Part shown: positions 38,001 through 50,367 of the stretch, one piece after another
Layout: the number at the start of each line of letters is the position of its first letter
Numbering within the stretch: the stretch's first letter is position 1
Source of the DNA: Bilabrum cf. latius
Lineage: Eukaryota
Length of the DNA stretch: 64,000 nucleotides
Assembly (NCBI GenBank): GCA_965178125.1
Contig: OZ237751.1
Location: 1-64,000, forward strand
Reading direction: 5' to 3'
Made by a program: the position numbers and the translations under genes
Notes under the pieces: generated by a model
The model's input: only the letters and a program-made list of their open reading frames with translations
The model's database searches: none
What the model was told of the DNA's origin: nothing

Positions 38001-39006
38001 GAACGTTGATCGGATGGGACTGCCGCGGCTCGTGACTCCGTCGACTACCACTGGAATCCCTCTGCATGAGGCTCATGTCATGCTCTAGGTGCTACCGCCC
38101 GTCGACCTAATCCAACGGCCTCACCCATCCCAACCCATGGACGTGAACCCCTTCAGGTCGTACTCCCCGCCTGCGGTGCAGTGCCTCTATCCTTGTGGAA
38201 GCGACCGTATGAAGAGAGAGATCAGGCAGGTTTGCTGGGCCACTGCCACTGCCACTGTCTACCTGCAGCAGGCTGGACACCACGGGCATGTCCTCGTTGC
38301 GTTCGTTTGTGTCCGTGTTAAGACCAGCCTTTGCAAGCATGGCTGCAGACCTCCTCGCCCACTCACTCTGCAAGCAAACAGTATACGGCACCGGACAATC
38401 CACCCTAATGAAGTGAGCAGGACAGTGCTAAGGCCGTGAACTGCACGCTCTAAATCCAAAAGAACTCAAGGAGCCGCTTGGCTCAACGTGGATGCTCCCT
38501 ATTGTTGTGTGGCCATGTTTGAAAGTGCACCGCGCTTGAAGTGGCACTGAAGCAATCACCTCGCGGCGTTGCATCCAGGTTTTGGAGCGACCAGGCCCTC
38601 TTAGCTCGCCGTATACACTACTAAAAGTCAAGTTTGTAGACCACGGACTGCCATTGTGGCAATGAATCTGCGGTGTATGCAGTTTCGTGCTAGCAAACTG
38701 GTCGTGGTCTGGTACCTGGAGAAAACTTAAGCCCTGTACTGGACTACCATCAAGGTGGTTGCGACGATGTCCAGGCATTCCTTGCGAGAACCCAGTGTAC
38801 CTCTTCTAATAAGCAATTTCGTCCGAATCATGCAGGAGCATAGTCCGACGGATGGAGGCCTGTTGCAGCAGTGCCAACCACTCATTCGATGATCGCACAC
38901 GCCTGTTCAGCGCAGCTGATTGGCGTGAAGTACCATCATGCGTATGCTCATTGCACAAACAAACGAGTACGAGCGTGATCCATACTACGAGTCCTGCCCA
39001 CATCAT
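26044..39006 (-). CDS. ~4,320-aa secreted giant protein: multiple IPT/TIG domains, Cys-rich repeats and a C-terminal pepsin-like (peptidase A1) domain with a degenerate second catalytic motif
   Basis: Signal-like MMWAGLVVWITLVLVCLC. About 20 track ORFs (38806, 38428, 38107, 37420, 36766, 36100, 35647, 34996, 34078, 33130, 32743, 32083, 31018, 30514, 29506, 28546, 27511, 27145, 26710, 26254, 26044) share one frame. Gaps read by hand (27420-27511, 29041-29508, 30301-30516, 33421-34080) contain only TAG. IPT motifs VTSLQPRLGPMHGGTLVVLDG, VTNIWPMSGPAAGGTVVSIRGTNL and VVPDKAPLHGGTVISLLG. Pepsin motifs VTLDTG, LPDVTFVLGGTPFTLTKEDY and WTFGDAFLRVFYTKF. Confidence 0.82.
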
Positions 39007-39384
39007 TGCGGCTGGCTCTCTCGTGAAGTCCTATTTGCCGGAGTAAGCTTCAAACAACCGCAGCAGTTTCGGAGCCAGGGAACGAAAGTACAATTCTGGA
39101 GACAAGCGTCGGATTAATATAAGGTTTAGCAATCAGCCAGAGCGTATCTACTCCGGGTATTGCAATTTTGGAGAATCGGTGTAGATCGTCCGGAGTGGAA
39201 ATCATGTTCGACAGACATGAATCGGGTGAATGATACCATAGCACGGGGCATAATACCATCATGTTTCTGCGATGTTCAGATCCCCAAAACTGGCCAGCAT
39301 CGGCGTACCGCTTGCACCTAGCCTGCCACTACGATCCAATCATGCACCTCCGAGTCGTAATACTAGCAGCAGCCCTTCCGACCC

Positions 39385-39430
39385 GTCCATGTCCATGTCC
39401 ATGTCCATGCCCACGCCCATGCCCATGCCA
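39385..39430. repeat. Short hexamer microsatellite (GTCCAT/GCCCAT)n just 3' of the Rieske gene stop
   Basis: The sequence reads GTCCATGTCCATGTCCATGTCCATGCCCACGCCCATGCCCATGCC. Confidence 0.7.
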
Positions 39431-39433
39431 AGG

Positions 39434-40483
39434 TCAGTAATGGCCCCCACGAAACGGGTTTGTAGCATAATCATCCGATGGAAGCCATCCATCCGGGCGC
39501 TCCGAAGCATCAACGTCGGCTGCAGGGCCCCGCAAGGACGAAGGGCCCCCGGCAACGACAACCCGACCCCTGCCCTTCGATGCAGCGCCTCGACCAGCAC
39601 CAGTACCATGTATCTTGCCGCGAGACCTCCCACTGGCAGGTAGTGCCCCGGCGCTGTCGACGCGTCCGGCCGACCGAACGGTGCCTGCTGACCCAGCGCC
39701 ACCACCGCCAAACCCGAGCGCGCTGCCTAGGGCTGCAAGGCTGGAATGGAGCATAGATGGCGGTGCCATGCTCGAACTTGAGCCACCACCGGTGCCGCTA
39801 CTGCTACTACTGCTACCAGACCTGCCCAGCACCGCTCCGCTCCTCTCAGTGTGCCAGGCCCCAGATGCCCCAGGCCCTACACTAGCGGCCAGCAACGCTC
39901 CTGGCTTACTCTCTTTTGCATCGCCCTCCGAATTTTTGATTTCTAAGGCCTTTCGAACTTCTGTTGGTGCTCCGTCGGCAACGAAGATGTAAGGACTCTT
40001 CAGCTAATCGAGCTTCAATGCTGCTGGCGAATATAGAGAACTACAGTCAAAGCCCCTCGAGCCAACAGAAGTATCATGTAGGATGCCTGCAATCCTCTTG
40101 TCAGATACTACGACTGGATGGACCCGTTGTCGGATACCTTTGGAACGCACCTCCTTCGCACTGTCACGGCCAGCTCCTCGTGCCAGAGCCGCAGCATCAA
40201 GACCCACATAAACGCCCTCTCCAGTCGACAAGTCTATTTTATAGGTGTGCCAAGGACACACAATGACTCGGTGCTTTCCGAGATCCTCTATGTCCCCCTT
40301 CAATAGCCCGGCACCGTGATGGTAGCAATGCGCATCAATCGCATACAGCATTCCCCTGTCTCTGACCAATATCAGGCCTCTGCCGGAAGACAGTCGAATA
40401 CAGCGCCTTCCACCTTCGGCGAGCTCTGACAAAGGGATAGTCTATTCCCAAGGCGACGATTCGGGCGCAGCTGCAGCGGCCAT
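39434..40483 (-). CDS. Rieske [2Fe-2S] domain protein (RFESD-like), ~349 aa, 2 in-frame TAG
   Basis: Rieske ligand motifs AHCYHHGAGL and IVCPWHTYKIDLSTGEG, plus RSKGIRQRVHPV. ATG at 40483; TAGs at 40442 and 40004; the frame continues into track ORF 39434..39895 (ending PSDDYATNPFRGGHY) and stops at TGA. Confidence 0.85.
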
Positions 40484-40751
40484 TCTATAGTGCTGTGGCT
40501 TGTCCTTTGTGAGTCTAGCAGCGGCTAGTAGGTTGTGAGATGCCCGTGTAAAAAGAATCACGAGCTAAGGAATTGTACCTGCACGTCTCACAAGTTGGAA
40601 GCCGAGTGCAAGTGTTCTTGATGCATGCAATGATGAGGCTGGCCACTGGCAGACTCGGAGTTTCAAAAAAAAATCGATGAATGAGACGATTGGGTGATTT
40701 CACTAACAAATGATCAACATGGGGATCGCACGAAGAGCTGCGGCTCCGCTG

Positions 40752-43700
40752 TCAGCCATGGCTATCGCTTGTCCGACTCTCGTGCGCAGGCGGGAGTACT
40801 TGCAGGTACCCAGCGTCAGCATTGAACTCACTGCCTGAATGCAGTGCAAGCGCACCACCAGTGTCAGCAGGCTAGTCTGGTAGAATTCCCAGCAGGCTAG
40901 TAGACTGACTACCAAGATCCGCAGCGACCAGTCCCGGAGCGCGGCTCCTGTCCCGGCCTCGCGCCCTCGGCAGACCATGAGCTCCACCGGCGATCTCCTC
41001 TGCGCTGGTCTGAGCGGTTGGCGATGCCGGTCCCATCAGTTGGTCTGGAATTCGGTCGAGGAGGACATGGTGCCGCGCATCGACTGGCTCTGCAAGCGTA
41101 GTGCTGCTAGTACCAGTAGAGCTGCCCCGCTCGGCTGCGGTGCTGCCGAGCGTCTGTGCATGGGAGCTCACGGCGGACTTGAGGGCATCATTGTCACTTG
41201 GGATGAGCCCACTGCTGCTCCCGATACCGTCTTCATGTGATGCACTTGCCCGCGCCATGAGCCCTCCACCAGTCTTCATGAAGCCGCCTAAACCGATGCT
41301 TAACCCGGCAGAGACACCCATATCGCGAGCTGGGCTCGCTTCACGCATTGCCGCTACTTCGTGAGTCGGTTGTCGCTCAAAGCCCTTGCGTAGTCCACCG
41401 CCGGATCTTTTCTCCTTTCGAGCACTCCGGCGCGCCAGGTCAGCATGCACCTCGGCGAGAGCTCGCTCCATGCTGGGATCTGCCCAGCTGGATGACTTAT
41501 TTGCCAGCGGAGACGTAGGGATGCAGCGGAGCGACGCATCTGCACGCTCACCCGGCACATGGTGGCCTGCCGATTGAGATCGATCCGTAGCCTGTGCACC
41601 AATGAGTTGTTCCAAGTTGAGCGCACCCATGGCTTCGTTTGAGCGATCATTCGGGCTGTCCTACGTCTCTACCGGCGAGTCCCGTCCGTGCGCTGAACGG
41701 TGGGCGTCCCCACAACGCACTGCAGCCCCCTCTGCGGACCGCTTAGACTGCTCCGACTGTTGCCTATGCATGCGCACGGTAGATGCTCGCTACAGCATGT
41801 TTCTCTTGTCTAGTGCGGCTGGAGGCAGGAACGCGGCATCGCGCTCTCCAACAAGATGACACACAGACTCCAGTCGATTCGAACACGACACGCAATGGTG
41901 CTTGCATCCGATTGTAGCGCCCAGAGAAAACAGCACTATGAAGCACGATGGATCGTGCAGCAGGCCAGCGCAATGCAGCGGAGTGAGACCATTCCTCGAG
42001 CACGCGTTGAGATCAGCGCCTGCCCTAGCCAAGATTCGCACAGTCTCAACGGCGCCAACTGCGGCTGCAAGCATCAGTGGTGTTTCTCCTCTGTGATTCA
42101 CGGAATCAGGGGAAGCACCTGACTGCAGCAAGAAGTCACACGTGGCAAAATCCCCAAGGTAAGCTGCTGCCAGCAATGCGGTCCATCCGGCTTCGTTACG
42201 GTGTTCGATCGATGCTCCTGCTGCCAAAAGCAAACCCGCCAACTACGGCGACCTGGCATGGTGCATGGCTACCATGCCATGCTTGGTCTGGAACTGTGGA
42301 TCGACTCCCTCCCGCAGCATGGCAGCCACCATGTCCGGCTGCGAGCCTTCGACAGCAGCGCTCAACGGTGACATGTTGGTGGTCGTCGACACTGACGGGT
42401 TTGCTCCAGCTCGCAGCAAGAATGTAACACACGCAGGGCTTCCGGCAGCGACGGCATGATATAGCGCAGGCAAGCTCGCATTATCAACCAGACTCGGGTC
42501 TGCCAGTCCAGACGCAAGCAGATGCTTGCAGGCAACAGGATTCTTTGCCAAACAAGCCTCATGGATTGGTGACAGACCCGAGAAGTAGCCAAAGCTGCGT
42601 ACCGCGTCTCGCCAACCAATCGTGCGAATTCTTGGTCGCTTTACCGGAGAGGCAGCGCTCTTAGTACCCGGAGATTGGGAGGGTCCCGACTTCCTGGTAG
42701 ACTAAGCAGTGCCAACCTGCACCGTAGGTACTTGCTCATCCAAACTCATTGCGTTAACGCGTCCTAACCACCTGTGGTAAAATCTATCCGCGAGTTTGCC
42801 TCTGAGATGCTTGGCGGCAGCGGAGAGTGTCTGGCTAACGGCAGCGACTGCCTTTGGCTTGCCCAGAGCAGGCCTGCGCAAGATCCTAGGCGGCGGTTTT
42901 TCAAAGCCTAAATCTACACCAGCCAGCAACATCGATCTGTCTGGGAAAAAAATGTCGCCTCCTTCAGGTCGTCCAGCAGCCGTTACGGATCCATCAGGTC
43001 CGCTGCCTGTACACCCATTCGTTCCAAGGCTGCTGTCCAATTTAAGAATCGGCGCCATCCCCCTTGGTACGGGGTATGCCAGCATCTCTAGCATAGACTC
43101 CTCGCGATGGTACTTGCCAGTCAGACCAGAGCTGAGCACACCGATTCTTATCTTTCTTCCCACGGGCTACCATCCGCCTGATGGGCTACACATCCATTCG
43201 GTTTTCTTAGCTCTACGCAGCTTTGACACGAGGGAGCCATACCACGGGCTCGTCTGCTGCTCGCGCCGATGCACATCCCAGTAGCGGTTCGGCTCCGCGC
43301 GACTGGCAGAGCGCTTCACGGACTCGTACTAGTCCACCCTAGCAAACAAGGATACAGCACCGAGTTGTCCAACGTGAGGAGAAACCACGGCCTCCTCGGA
43401 CATGGCAGACGCATGCACAGCTGCCTCGCAGTAGATCTTTGCGCTGGTGCGAACGTGTTTACTGCCACCGTGCCCAGCCCCTTGGTGCCGGGGCTGTGCC
43501 GTGCCCCAGAATACCTCGTCTTCCAGACGATCCAGCCCTACTCCTTCGTATCCAGCCGGGTCAGTATTTAGTCCACGGGCACTGCACTCTGCAAACACCC
43601 GCGGGTTAGGCTTGCTGAGCAATGCAAACGCGCTCCGTCGTGCGATGCTGGGAAAAGCACTCCCAACAATGGCATCCTGGTTTTCATGTAGTCCCTGTAC

Positions 43701-45473
43701 CGACATCTCCGCAGGAATAAAAGTAGCTGTAGCTGCAACACCACTCCTCGCAGAGCCTGCTGTCTACTCTAATGGCCTAATCGATGGCTTGCCGGTGGCC
43801 ATTGACCCGCTGTCTGCTGGCTGTCCTTGCCCGCCTCCAATCAGTCCCAAGAGCTCCCATACGTTCCCGACCGGCTGCTTAGCCGCTTCATGCAGCAATG
43901 GCTGTGATCTACCTTTTCTTTGGTCCTTTGGCTAGACTATGTTACCAACCACGAGCCCATGCCCTATGATTCCTGGCGGTGGCGCCTTCTAGTGGGTAAC
44001 CTTCGATCCAACTGCCGCATCGCTAGTCGCAGCACCCGAGTGCTGCGTCTTCCGGCCAGGTGCACCCTTCCCTTGCGCATTGCGACGGCGCCGATTCTTC
44101 TTACCCTCTCGAACCGGGGAGCCGTACCCGGCCCCACTCGCACTCGTCGGGTGTGCGTCAAGTAGAATGCCGCCGGGGTGCTGCTGGACATCCAATGCCC
44201 TCGTGTCTCGGAGCCAGTCGGGGCAAACGTCTACCGCTGAGGCCATGTGTGGCACAGCGACTCCCTGTGCGCCCATGCCACCAAACCAATCCAGACGTGC
44301 GCCGGATCCGGGCGGGTACCGGCGACCACGCAGCAGCTCCTCGCTGCCTCTATTCTTCACCATGCTCACGACTCTGGCAGTGCCACTGCCGACGCAACCT
44401 ACCTCTGTGGATGACACACGTGTCACCGCAACTTGTTCGGATTGAGGCGTGCCAGATACACCAGCACCAGCGCTAGCCCTGGTCCCGGAGCAGGCGCCGT
44501 CACCCTGTCCCTCCCCCTCTCCCTCGGTGGGCTGCGAGCGACGGCCGCCCCCGAGCTCTACGACCAAGCCCCTGCACACTGCTTCTGCACACAGAGAAGC
44601 AACCGCATCCGCGCCATGTAGCAGTCCGCCTCCTACAGAGCCCAACGATGGGTCCTGCGCCAAGAGCTCCCGGGCCCCCTCCTTCAAACCCTCCGGCCAC
44701 CTGCTCGAGCCAGGGGATTCAGCCGTGTCTGGGCTCTCTGCGCCAGCCCCGCTCGATGCAACACTTTCAGAGGAATCCTTCAATGCTGCATCGGTGACTG
44801 CAGCTGTGCCTTGAACCATGGCCAGCGCGGTTGCAGCAGGGCGCCACAAAAATCGCTGCCCCGGCATGCCATTCAGGAAGGCTGCCCGCTACCCGGTGCC
44901 AGCCAGGACAAAATCGGACCCAGCAGCAAATCCTACAAACATTCTCCCCGGTCCAGCATCATGCAAGCACGCCATACCTTCCTTCCCACCAAGGGCCTGC
45001 ACTGCCGCCGCTCGAAAGTCGCCAGCATGCTCCCAATCGCGCTATCTCCTCAGCAACGCTTGGAGACCTGAGGAGTTGATCATTGTTTTGGAGTTTGCAC
45101 TTGAAATAGGATCGCCTTCAAACTACAACCAGAGTTGACCCAACCTGTCTGCAAGTCTTGGACCGACAAGCATGGATGCAGCAGCTCGAACTTGAGTCGA
45201 TTCCGAGCCCCAGTGGTTCTTAGCAGCCATCTTTGCCTCCCAGCTGTATGATTCGTTACTTTCAACTTCAACGGGTTTATTGTGCTGCGTACGATCTCTA
45301 CTTAGCAGCACCAAAGCAGCTGCCGTGGATAGGGAAACCGAGCTGCTGCCTGCAGGCAGTGATTGGTCATCGGCAATCTTCTCTTCATCTGCTTCTGACT
45401 TCTGGCGGGTCCATGCCTATCCAATGTACTTATGAAAGAGATTGTCGGAGCGAATGCTCTCCACATCTGACAT
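40752..45473 (-). CDS. ~1,570-aa ankyrin-repeat protein (repeats at ~41900-42580)
   Basis: Ankyrin motifs GWTALLAAAYLGD, GETPLMLAAAVG, GLTPLHCAG and LLRAGANP. Track ORFs 45123, 43989, 43329, 42702, 42243, 41790 and 40872 share one frame joined across TAGs. ATG at 45473 has an in-frame TAA just upstream; the gene ends at TGA 40752. Confidence 0.8.
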
Positions 45474-45577
45474 GCTCAGTGTTTAATTGGTGGGGTGCTC
45501 GGCGGTGTTTGTAGTGAGCCGTTATTAGCCACAAATCTGGTTATCCTATCTACTGCAACAATCACACCAGCGCATCG
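45474..45577. promoter_or_regulatory. Putative bidirectional promoter (104 bp between divergent ATGs)
   Basis: Head-to-head starts of the ankyrin gene (45473, -) and the PH-RCC1-FYVE gene (45578, +), separated by an AT-richer spacer. Inferred from geometry only. Confidence 0.55.
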
Positions 45578-48500
45578 ATGGTAGATTCTAGCGACATTCC
45601 ATGGTTCGATATTGCTATCTTGTAGCATGGTGCTCACCTGTTGAAATTTGGAAGGGTAGGCAATCCCCACTTTCGATATTTTTTCCTCTCAAGCTCTGCT
45701 CGCGAACTCAAGTGGACATCTCCGCGAAAAGCAGACGATGAAAGCACAGTTTTACTCTCGGAGTGCACGCTGATAGTAGGTCAGACAACTGAGGTATTCA
45801 AGCGGCACCAGCAGTCGCGATCTTTGCAACAACTGGACCTTTCATTCTCGCTCCTGTACAACGACTCGAAAGGGAAGGGGAGGCAGCGGTCCCTTGATGT
45901 GGTCTGTACTGACAGAAACTAGTTTGCTGTTTGGACTCGTGGACTGAGGTATTTGATTGAGGGGCCGCCCTCTGATGTGAATTTGAAGAGGTGGGTCATT
46001 GCAAAACGAGTTGTTGTTGCAATCGCACTTCGGTTGCACTCGAGTCGCCTCGCAATCATGCGAATGCAAGCTGAAGGCGGAATGCAGCTTCCTAGTGTAC
46101 CAGAAGTTCATTTTGCTGGGGACTTCGAGCAGATGTTTTCGGGGGCAGCACCCCGCAGGTTCGCATTAGGGAGTCCGGAAGATCCCAAGGCGGCGGCTCG
46201 TCGCGGTCATCTTACTGGAGTTGCTGCGGCTCTGGGTCTTGCCCAGGCCGTGACAGACTAGGACTTATTCCCACCGGCAGTGGCATGTACGATGAGTTTG
46301 ATTGGCAGGGGCATGCGCAGAGCCAGAGAGCCCGCCCAAACTGATGTTGCTGCCGCAGAAGCCCGACGAGGTGCTAGTAGCAGTGCTGCAGCCCCTCCGC
46401 CCCCACCTCCGCCGCAGCTATCTGCTAAATAGCGGCGTTCACTCGTACTCGTATCAGCGGCTATGCATGCAGTCTCTCTTGCAGCCAGTGGGGCGCAGGG
46501 GGCAGACTTGGACTGCATGCTTGACCCGGTGGGCTAGCCAGCTGCAGGCCATCCCACCGATGACTGGCCAGTGGTGAAGGCGGCCGATGGGGTCATGGCA
46601 TCTGGCGCCCATGCCCACATTGATAGTACTGCTGTGGAGCACTCACAATCCGTAACAGTGCTAGACGCTGGAAAGGCGGGTGGTGAGCTTCTTAGGGGAG
46701 GTCTGCCAGAACGAGCAAGCTCACCGGCTGGAAGAGCTGCCGTGGACGGTGACGCTGTTGCCATCGGTAGGGCTCGAGCATTAGCTCTTTCACTTGCGGC
46801 GTGTTGCTTACGAGAGGCTTTTGTGCATCCAGTTTGGTCACCCGCTGGGGCTGCGGTGCGGCCATCGGCTGCCATCGCATTCCGCAAGGTGCAGTCCGTA
46901 GGGCATGAAGGAAGGGCAGTTGCTGCTGCTGGAGGACCAGGTCCCAGCTCGTCGCCCACCGGTGGCCTCGAAGGAACAAGTAGAGCCCAGGATCTTTACT
47001 ACTTTGGCGACAACAGCTGGAATCTAAGCGCGGGCCACGCTTCAGAAGACGTGGTGCCAGTGCCACGCCCAGTGGGCTAGCTGCTCGGCAGAGCTGTGCA
47101 ACACATCGCTTGCGGAGAGGCGCACGCAGTGGCAGTGGTGAGCGACGCGTCTGTGTTCGTATGGGGCTGTGGGCGCTCAGGAAGGCTTGGAACTGGCGGC
47201 ACTGCCAACGAGCTGACCCCTCGGCAGCTAGTTGGCACCGGTGCCGATACATCCCCGCTGTCGTTTGCACGCGTGGCTTGCGGCGCTAGGCACTCCATGG
47301 GCATCGGTCTCGACGGCTCATTGTGGTGCTGGGGGGAGAACACATGTGGCCAGCTTGGCCTAGGAGACTTCCGTGATAGGTTGCAACCGGAGTGCGTCAG
47401 ATACTTGTGGGACCAGGGGCTGCGGGTGCGATCCTGCGACGGCGGGCAGTGCCACACTTTGTTGTCCGATGTAGACGGCAGGGCATTTGCGATGGGATCA
47501 AATGAAAGCGGGGCGCTTGGCCTTCAAGCAATAGATAGTGGCACCGATGGCGCTTCTCCACCATATGCTTCAATTTCACTGAAGGAATTTTGTCGGCTGG
47601 CTCGGCTCCAGGCGGGACGCAGCGCCTCTCCATTGGGTGCCAGCACTAGATTAATGGCTACTGGAGTGCGTGGATCCACCGGCGATGACTGCCCATGGCC
47701 AGTACGCGTGCTTGGATTCAGCAGACCACCCGTGAGAGACGAGCGGGGGTCATGGAGGGATCGCACAACAGTGATTGCCCGGTCAGGCATCGACATGCCA
47801 AGGGACCTGCGCGATGAGGAGACCGTGGCTGAGGTAGCTGCCGGTGATTATCACTCACTCGCGGTATCTCTGCAAGGTTCGGCGTTTGCGTGGGGCAGTA
47901 ACAGCTGCGGCCAGTGTGGGGTTGGGCACACGCATGATCTGCCTGCTCCAACCAGGCTCAGGTCGCTGGCAGCCATGGCGATTCAGCCTCGTGCGGGTGC
48001 CGGTCACTCGGCATTGCTCTGTTCCACAGACTACACAGACCGACGCGAGGAAACATTAGGCAAAGGGAAGCTTCCTATCTGGTTGGAGTGCCGGCTGTGC
48101 TACGTCATGGGAAGCGCCTCTTGTGGCCAGCTCGGACACGTGCAGCCCCCGAAGTTGCCTCGTCCGAGGGTCCCGACAGAGGACCTGTCCGACCCTCACG
48201 CTAGACAGCATGGCGCTGAGGAGGACGAAGGCTCGCCGTCGGACATTGAGGAGAGAGGCGATGACGAGAGCTTGCTGGTTCAGCCCGCTTCGTTCGTACC
48301 GCTGCCAACGGTGCTGCGTGCTGCTCCTCAGGACAGGCTCGCATCTGCTGCAGCTGTTGCCTCGAGGGGACTCTCGCGCTTGTCGTCTGTTGGTCCATTG
48401 TTGGCAGTACCAGTGGGAGCGTGCGTCACTCCAGGCAGTGCGATGCGTGGCATTATTGCGGTAGGTTGCGGCTCTCATCATACGGCTGTTGTGAGCGCAG

Positions 48501-50182
48501 ATGGCCAGCTGTTTGTTTGCGGGGCCGGCGACCGTGGCCAGCTGGGTGCAGCTGCCCCGTCAAGGTCTATGGATGGACAAGTAGGTTCCCCGCTTGGACC
48601 TGCAGGGGCATCGGAGTCGCTCTAGCACGGCACCGATGGCTTTGGAGACTACCCAACTAGGGTTCCACAGAGTCCGGCCTCTCCCGTGTAGAGCCGCAGG
48701 GATTCGCGCCAGAGCTTCAGTGTTACGGATCAAGGAATCGGGCAGACTCAGCAGGATCGACTAGACTCGACCTCCCCGCAGCGACATGGCTCCATGTCAG
48801 GGTCTGCTGCAATCGCGAGAATGATGGACGCGAGTCTTGCAAAACCACCCGTGAGTGGAGCCGGTCAGGGATCTAGAGGAATCGCCGACACCAGCGGCTC
48901 TCTGCGACGCATGGTAACCTCTCCAGGGAGGCCCAGTGCATCTAGAGCAGCCGCATCCCGCCTACAGGCGATGCAAAGCTCCCGTGCGATTGGGAGCGGC
49001 AACGTCTCTGCATAGGAAGTGGGCGCGTCACCGGAAGACATTCGACCGCGCTCAGTGAGCATTGCCCTGGGTAGCGGAAGGGTGAGTAGCGCCCTCCGTT
49101 CACCCCTCAAGCCGCCCGTGCAGCCGAGTGTGAGCTCCGCATCATCGGGGTCTAGCGCGGCCCGCACCCCGCGAGCCTCGCGGCCAACAATGCACCCACT
49201 TGCAGACAGGGTGTCGACGCGAAGGTTAGACGTCGACCACGATGGAAATGACAGCAAGGTGCCCGATGGCGCGCTGACTCGCATGCAAAGCACCGGCAGC
49301 TCCCAAGGATCGCTGATTCCGGCAACTGCCGGAGGAGCGGAGCGGCAGGCCCTCGGCATTTCGGCTCCTGGCAGTCGGGCAGGGAAGGGGTCGGTTCCTG
49401 CCGCCTTGTTAGCCGCCGCTGAGGCGGCGCAGGCGGCGACAGACCTCGAGTCAGCAGCAGTGGCGCTTGGTGCCTCTGCCGGAGAAGCGAAGGAGGAAAG
49501 CGGTTCGGTGATGAGGGTATCTTCGCTGCGCGGGGCGGGCACTCGGGCCGTCGCGAGCGGTGGGATCTAGGGCAGCGACTCGGCTCGGTCAGCTAACGAG
49601 GTGCATCTAGTCCGCGTTGACTTTGACCCCGTGGTGGAGGCGGCGGCGAGCGAGTGGCGCGGGCTTGGCATCTCATCGGGTCCGGGAGGGCGGTTGGACG
49701 GCAGCTTTGGGACCCAGATGATCTCAGACTCCCATGGATCCAGCGTGGGGTGGGGATGCCTGCCAGTGTGGGCTCTGAACCAGCGGGCTGTGACGTCTGT
49801 GTGCTGCGGGGGGGACAGCACGCTGGCCCTCGTGTCAACACAGTGGATCCCCGACTCAGAGGCACCCCAGTGCATGAGGTGCCAGTCGGGGTTTACCATG
49901 CGCATGCGCAAGCACCATTGCCGCGCCTGTGGAGGAGTGTACTGCGGGCGCTGCTCTTCACATGCGCTGCCTCTGCTGCGGCTTGGGTACGTGGACCCAG
50001 TCAGGGTGTGCGACGGGTGCTTCGCGCGGTTCGTGGTCCCGACAGCCTCTCCTCAGCTAGCAGCTGGCCCGGGGCATGCTCTTCAGGGCACCATGGATCG
50101 GGCATCACCCAGTATGACGCTCACGGCGGCTGATGCAGCTATCGCAGGGCATGAAGGTGACTTTGTTTGGGGGGCAACTTGA
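45578..50182 (+). CDS. PH-RCC1-FYVE domain protein (PRAF/RLD-like architecture), ~1,530 aa
   Basis: N-terminal PH domain (L*HGAHLLKFGRVGNPHFRYFFLS ... SFSLLY ... SLDVVCTDRN*FAVWTRGLRYLI). RCC1 repeats (IACGEAH, VACGARHS, WGENTCGQLGLG, VAAGDYHSL). FYVE domain (WIPDSEAPQCMRC...RKHHCRACG...RVCDGC). Single frame, ending at TGA. Confidence 0.9.
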
Positions 50183-50367
50183 TGCGACATATGACATCAT
50201 GATGATCGCACAGCTTACTTTGTGCATTGGACCGCATTCAATCGCCGCCACCGACTTCCTATCCTCCTCGCACACAGTACCAACCTGAACTTGTTTTGGC
50301 CTCGGTTCGGACTGCACCGCACTGCAGCCTCAGGTAGCTGCTCACCTTCCCGCGCACTTACAGGCCC

